Part shown: piece by piece, positions 59,575 through 64,000 of the stretch
Layout of the letters: every line of letters begins with the position of its first letter
Position numbering within the stretch: position 1 is the stretch's first letter
Source: Phaeosaccion multiseriatum
Lineage: Eukaryota; Protista; Ochrophyta, other classes
Reading direction: 5' to 3'
Assembly: GCA_965112735.1 (NCBI GenBank)
Contig: OZ218953.1
Location: forward strand, 1,984,001-2,048,000
Length of the DNA stretch: 64,000 nucleotides
Made by a program: the position numbers and the translations under genes
The notes under the pieces: generated by a model
What the model saw: the letters and a program-made list of their open reading frames with translations, nothing else
What the model was told of the DNA's origin: nothing
Database searches by the model: none

Positions 59575-61230
59575 CAAACAAACAAACACCACATACACAA
59601 AAGCAAGCAAAGCAAGCAAAGCAAGCACGAAGCAGGCAGAGGGAGGCATATGGTCTTTTGTTTTCTCCTTGCTTCGACCGCCCTACCGCATGTAAGCGTT
59701 ACGTACCTTGTCACCGCATTCGTGTCATTGACCTTGCTACCGAGTGTGGCCAGGGTCAGCGAGGCATCTCTCTCCGCCTCCAGCGCCCCAAGCGAGTACG
59801 CCGTGGAGTTGCCCAGAGAGAGCAACTTGAGCACATCTGTAACCGCCTTGGGAGGCAGCTCCCCTCCGGACAAGGCTCTGTACACATCATCAAAGGCAAG
59901 GCTGCTCATCCCCCCTCCCTCGAGCTGCCTGAGTATGGCCTCGAGAATGCCCACTTGCTCCCTGGTGCTCTCAGAGACTACGCTCCCGACGGAGGACTCA
60001 AGCTGCCGGACCTTCTTGGCGAATTGGTTGTTGAAGTGGTAGTACATGCCACGCTCCACCTGGGGGGATTGGGATGGGAGGTGTGCGTTGATTGTTGTGG
60101 GGAAATGTTTTGGAATGAATTGAGTTGCGACGCACGTGGGAAGTAGGAAGAAAGAGTCTCCCCCCTTTCCCTCCCTCGCAAACGAGTAGCCCTCTTCTTC
60201 CTCCTCTCCCCCTCTCCTCTCCCCTCCTTTCCCGCGCCGCACCATTGAATACGCCGAGGCATTGTAGCTGGAAACAGACTCGACTAGCTCCACCAGTGCA
60301 GAGGGTGGGCTCTCCCCTGTGAAGGCAGGATACACATCCCCTAAATCCAGGCCTAGCACACCCTTTCTGTCCGTCATCTTAATGGCTGCGGTGCTCAGGA
60401 GGGCAAGAAATTGGGCCCGGGAGGATCCCAACAAACGTTCCAACTCCCACTTGCCGTCCTCGCCGGGCAAACTCTGTGGTTATGGTTGTTGTTGTGGTGG
60501 TGGTGGTGGTGGTGGTGGTGGTGGTGGTGGTGGTGTAGGGTATTAGGGGAGGGGCATGGGGGAAGGGAGAGTCTGCTCTTGGTTTTCGTCTTTGTCTTTG
60601 TGGTAGGGGGCGGGGCTGCCCATGAGGAGGACGGGAGAAATGGCAATGGATGGGAAGAAGCCTAACAGACGAAACCGAAATATCATCACCCCCAACGCCA
60701 CCAGCGCGACCGCCGCGGCTTCCGCTGCAAGCTCCTTCTCCCCTCCTCCCCCCTCCCTCTTACCTCCGCAAGACCCAGGCCCTCCTTAATATTGTCCGCA
60801 TAGAGCAGCAACACTTCCTTGATGAAGGCTTCCATCTCCCGACTGTTCCAGTACACACGCCCCTCTCGGGCGGCTGCCAGGTCCCGCTCCAAAATGGGCC
60901 TCCATGCCCAATCTGTGCTCCGTAGCTCGTCCACGTGGGCACCCACTGCGGTGTATGTTTCATTGAGGAGGAGCTTGGCTCGGACCCGGGTGGGCTGAAG
61001 TGGTGGTGGGGGGGGGGGGGGGGGTATGGTGTGCAGCGGGGTGGAGGTGAGGGTCATCGAGGTGGTGAGGGGAGGGCGGGTGGTGGCGGTGTGTTGACAG
61101 AAAGAGAGAAGAGAAAGGAGCAAGAAAAGACGGGTAAGCAAAAATACACCAGATATGGGGGGGGGGGGGGGGTCTGAAGAGGGAAAGGAAATGGTGTGCT
61201 GCTGGTACAACTACTACAACTACTACTACA

Positions 61231-61267
<37 letters not shown>

Positions 61268-62612
61268 CTCCTACTGTCGTTTCACCCACCTCAGGTAACT
61301 GCTCCGCCTTGAGCTCCGCCTCCCTCTTGAGCAATTCTCCGCCCGTAACGGCGGATATGGAGAGCAGCGCTTGGCTCGGCATCCGCGGTACCACGTGCCG
61401 AGCCGCGAACATGCCCACCTACAGTAAGTCAAGAAGGTAGGCCACGAGTGAGGCGGGGGAGTCGTGTTGAAGGGATGGGGAGGCAGGGCGAGCTCACTTG
61501 TGTACACTTTGCGGACACTTCGGCACTGTTTCACACCCATCCATCCATTCATCCATTCATCCATTCATCCATCCATCCATCCGCCCATCCATCCACACCC
61601 ACAGAGCCGACCCCACTAACCCGCGGATCCACGGACCCACGGACTGGAACTCTTCTCCATTTCTCTCCAACACACGCACGCACACATACGCACACATACA
61701 CACACGTACCTTCACCCAGCGCACACGGCGAGCGGCACCAAGAGCGAGGCGCAGACCCAGGGGGGTCCAGAACTTGGCCTCAGAGCGCTTCTCGGGGGCA
61801 GAGAGCAGCACTGCCCCGCAAGACATATCTGCCCCGGCGAAGGGCGGGGGGTGGGTAAAGACAGTGGCCGCCTCCAGCTCGTTCACGGCCTCTTGCTCCT
61901 CTGCAGCTTCCAGAACCCCGGCGGCAGCCGCCTCGGCGATGGTATCTTCTTCTTCTTTCATGGGGAAGGGGCTGGGGCTCCTGGCGGGGGAGAGACCGCC
62001 TGGTCTGTCCCTCCTACCGCCGATGTGAGTCCCGCTGCCGCCACCGCTACTGCTGCTACTGCTACTGCTTCCCCATGCGCTCCATGGGCCCTGCGAGGCC
62101 ATGCCGGAATCATCCGAGCCAGCCCACTCCTTCTGTGCGTGCGCTTTCATTCGGCCTCCAGGGCCGAGGACGCCTTTCTCCTTGCCCCTTCCTCCCCACC
62201 TCATACCACCACCCTCTCCCGGCCTTCCCCGCAACAGCAGTCGTCTCAACGGACCACGTCTACCCCCGTCTTCTCTTCTTCCTCCTCCTCCTCCTCCTCC
62301 TCCTCCTCCTCCTCCTTCCCCTTGCCTTGCTGCTGCGGCTGCTGCTGTTGCTGCACCCTTTCGCCCACCGCCCGTTCCCCGACCCCACCGCATTCCAGCT
62401 GATGGGCGTCGCGGAAGAAGCCCTCTATTGCCATCATTAGAAATCCCACTACGGGTGCTCATACTTAGGGTGCTGCAGCTGTGCGAGTTGTGCCTCATAC
62501 GGCCCCTTGACAGAATGCCGGTCTGTCCGCCATGCAGCCACGCGGAAGCAACGTGGACGTGCAGCAGCTGGAGGAAGAGCAAGCATGAGGTGAGGATGGA
62601 CGGTGGAGACAT
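58218..62612 (-). CDS. Uncharacterised multi-exon protein with a probable bipartite plastid-targeting presequence
   Basis: MSPPSILTSCLLFLQLLHVHVASA-W followed by an Arg/Ser/Gly-rich segment. Several protein-like exons (about 61710-62612, 61290-61420, 60764-60995, 60243-60473, 59708-60060, 59274-59350, 58218-59109) are separated by microsatellite-bearing GT-AG introns. No family motif recognised; 3' end tentative. Confidence 0.65.
59198..59255. repeat. Intronic (GACT)n repeat
   Basis: Read directly. Confidence 0.85.
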
Positions 62613-63189
62613 GAGAAGCCTGCGGCAGCCCCGAGGCGATGACGATATGACGTGGTTGGCTGGCCTGGTCGTGCTCCTGTTCCTCCGTCCAACTCCAAGG
62701 CAGCAACTCAATCTGGCTTCCTCAGCTGCTTCTCCGGCTGCTGCCGCTTCCACATGCGTCATTCACACCTCTCAAAAATGGAACCTTACCCCAACAGTAA
62801 TAATGGTAGCAACAGTGCTGCAGGGAAAATGAAGGGGGAGAGGGGTGGGCGAGGCGCTGCCGTTCTGTGCTCTCTTAAGAAGCGTGGCAGCAGCTCCTGC
62901 TGCTGATCCCGCCACCTTCACCAGTCTTCTAGCTTTCCTTCTAAACAAATCGAACACCTTTAGCCCCCCTCTCAAGGGCGACCACCTTCAAGGACAGGGG
63001 GAAAAGGAAGGGAAGGGTACGTGAGGCCGGCAACTGTGAATGGAGCACCACCTCTCCTTCTTCCCCCCACTTTCCTAGATGGCACTTAACGTTTTCTTTT
63101 TTTTGCCTCTCCCTTTCCCCAAGGATACCACTTGGATTTCCCTTTATGAGGGCCCCGCAGCTGTAGTGGACAGGATCCCTTGGTGGACC
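62613..63189. promoter_or_regulatory. Putative divergent promoter and 5' UTR region between the uncharacterised gene and the DnaJ gene
   Basis: About 580 bp between divergent start codons; positional inference only. Confidence 0.45.
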
Positions 63190-64000
63190 ATGAAGCTATC
63201 ACGGGGCGCAACGTCTCCTTCGCGCCCTTCTTTCCTCCGGCATCCGCTTCCGCTGCTTCTCTTCCTCCCCTCACTCCTGTTGCACCTCCTGCCGCTGGCT
63301 CTCTTTATTAGTTCCGCGCAGGGCGGTGGGCGCCAGAGCGATGACTACTATAAGCTCCTGGGCGTGGATAGGAAGGCCTCGGGACGGGTGAGCGTGACAT
63401 GTCATGTGTTTTGGACACAAGAGCTTCGATATCAGACCGTTTGGTATTTCCTCCCCTCTCCCGTACTGAGCTCACCTTGCACATATACGTGCCCCGATTT
63501 GCATGTCTCCTTTCCCCAGCCCCCCCCCCACCTCTCTAAGTTACCCCCCCCCCCTCCCCCCCCTCCCCATTTTCTCTTCGCCCTTATCTGAACGAACACG
63601 TTTTGCTGCAGGACATCGCGCGTGCGTATCGCAAGCAGGCCCTCAAATACCACCCCGATAAGAACCCCAAAGACCCCACCAAGGCCGAGCAGAAGTTCAA
63701 GCAAGTCTCAGAGGCGTATGAGGTGCTCAGCGACGATGACAAGCGACGCTCCTATGACGCATATGGAAAGGTCCGTGAGTCGCCACTGCCGCTTCTGATC
63801 AGTCGTCACTCAGACAGTAATACAAACCGTCACCCAATTCTCTCGACCGAGCTTACTTCTACTTCCCGCATACCCTCTTCTTACTTGCACTCTCTCTTTC
63901 TCTTCTGTGTGTACCCAAATTGATTTCACTCTTCACACAGGGCGGTCGTGTGCCGGTTGGAAGCGGGGCAGGGCAGGGAGGTAGCAGCTTTGGCGGCTTT
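63190..64000 (+). CDS. DnaJ/Hsp40 co-chaperone with an N-terminal signal peptide (ER-type, ERdj3-like); 5' part only. Exons 63190-63387, 63612-63770, ~63941 to window end
   Basis: Hydrophobic leader, then J-domain [16 protein letters not shown]|[49 protein letters not shown] with the HPD motif. Truncated by the window edge. Confidence 0.9.

Overview
Eukaryotic genomic DNA, GC-rich and intron-rich, with microsatellite-filled introns. Two genes carry signal peptides followed by ASAF-type motifs (AEAF, ASAW), which suggests an ochrophyte (photosynthetic stramenopile); this is an inference. From left to right: (1) a 5'-truncated but uninterrupted RT + restriction-like-endonuclease non-LTR retrotransposon (CRE-like), head-to-head against the start of an RMND5/Gid2 gene; (2) NEMF/Rqc2 and a probably plastid-targeted GST sharing a 184-bp divergent promoter; (3) a single ~34.6-kb, 11-exon type I modular polyketide synthase gene (17519-52100, 31,839 nt spliced, about 10,612 aa); (4) a BT1 folate/biopterin transporter, an uncharacterised probably plastid-targeted protein, and the 5' part of a signal-peptide DnaJ gene. 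The PKS is the standout. Predicted architecture: degenerate A-ACP-KS(C->S)-ACP-[KS-DH-ER-KR-ACP]x2-KS-AT-KR-ACP-KS-DH-ER*-KR-ACP-KS-AT-KS0-ACP-membrane domain. It has no thioesterase and ends in a three-repeat transmembrane/left-handed-beta-helix domain of the epsilon-poly-L-lysine synthetase (Pls) type. All seven KS domains are split by a phase-2 intron at the same codon, so each module is an in-frame symmetric exon cassette. Domain boundaries are read by eye and are approximate.
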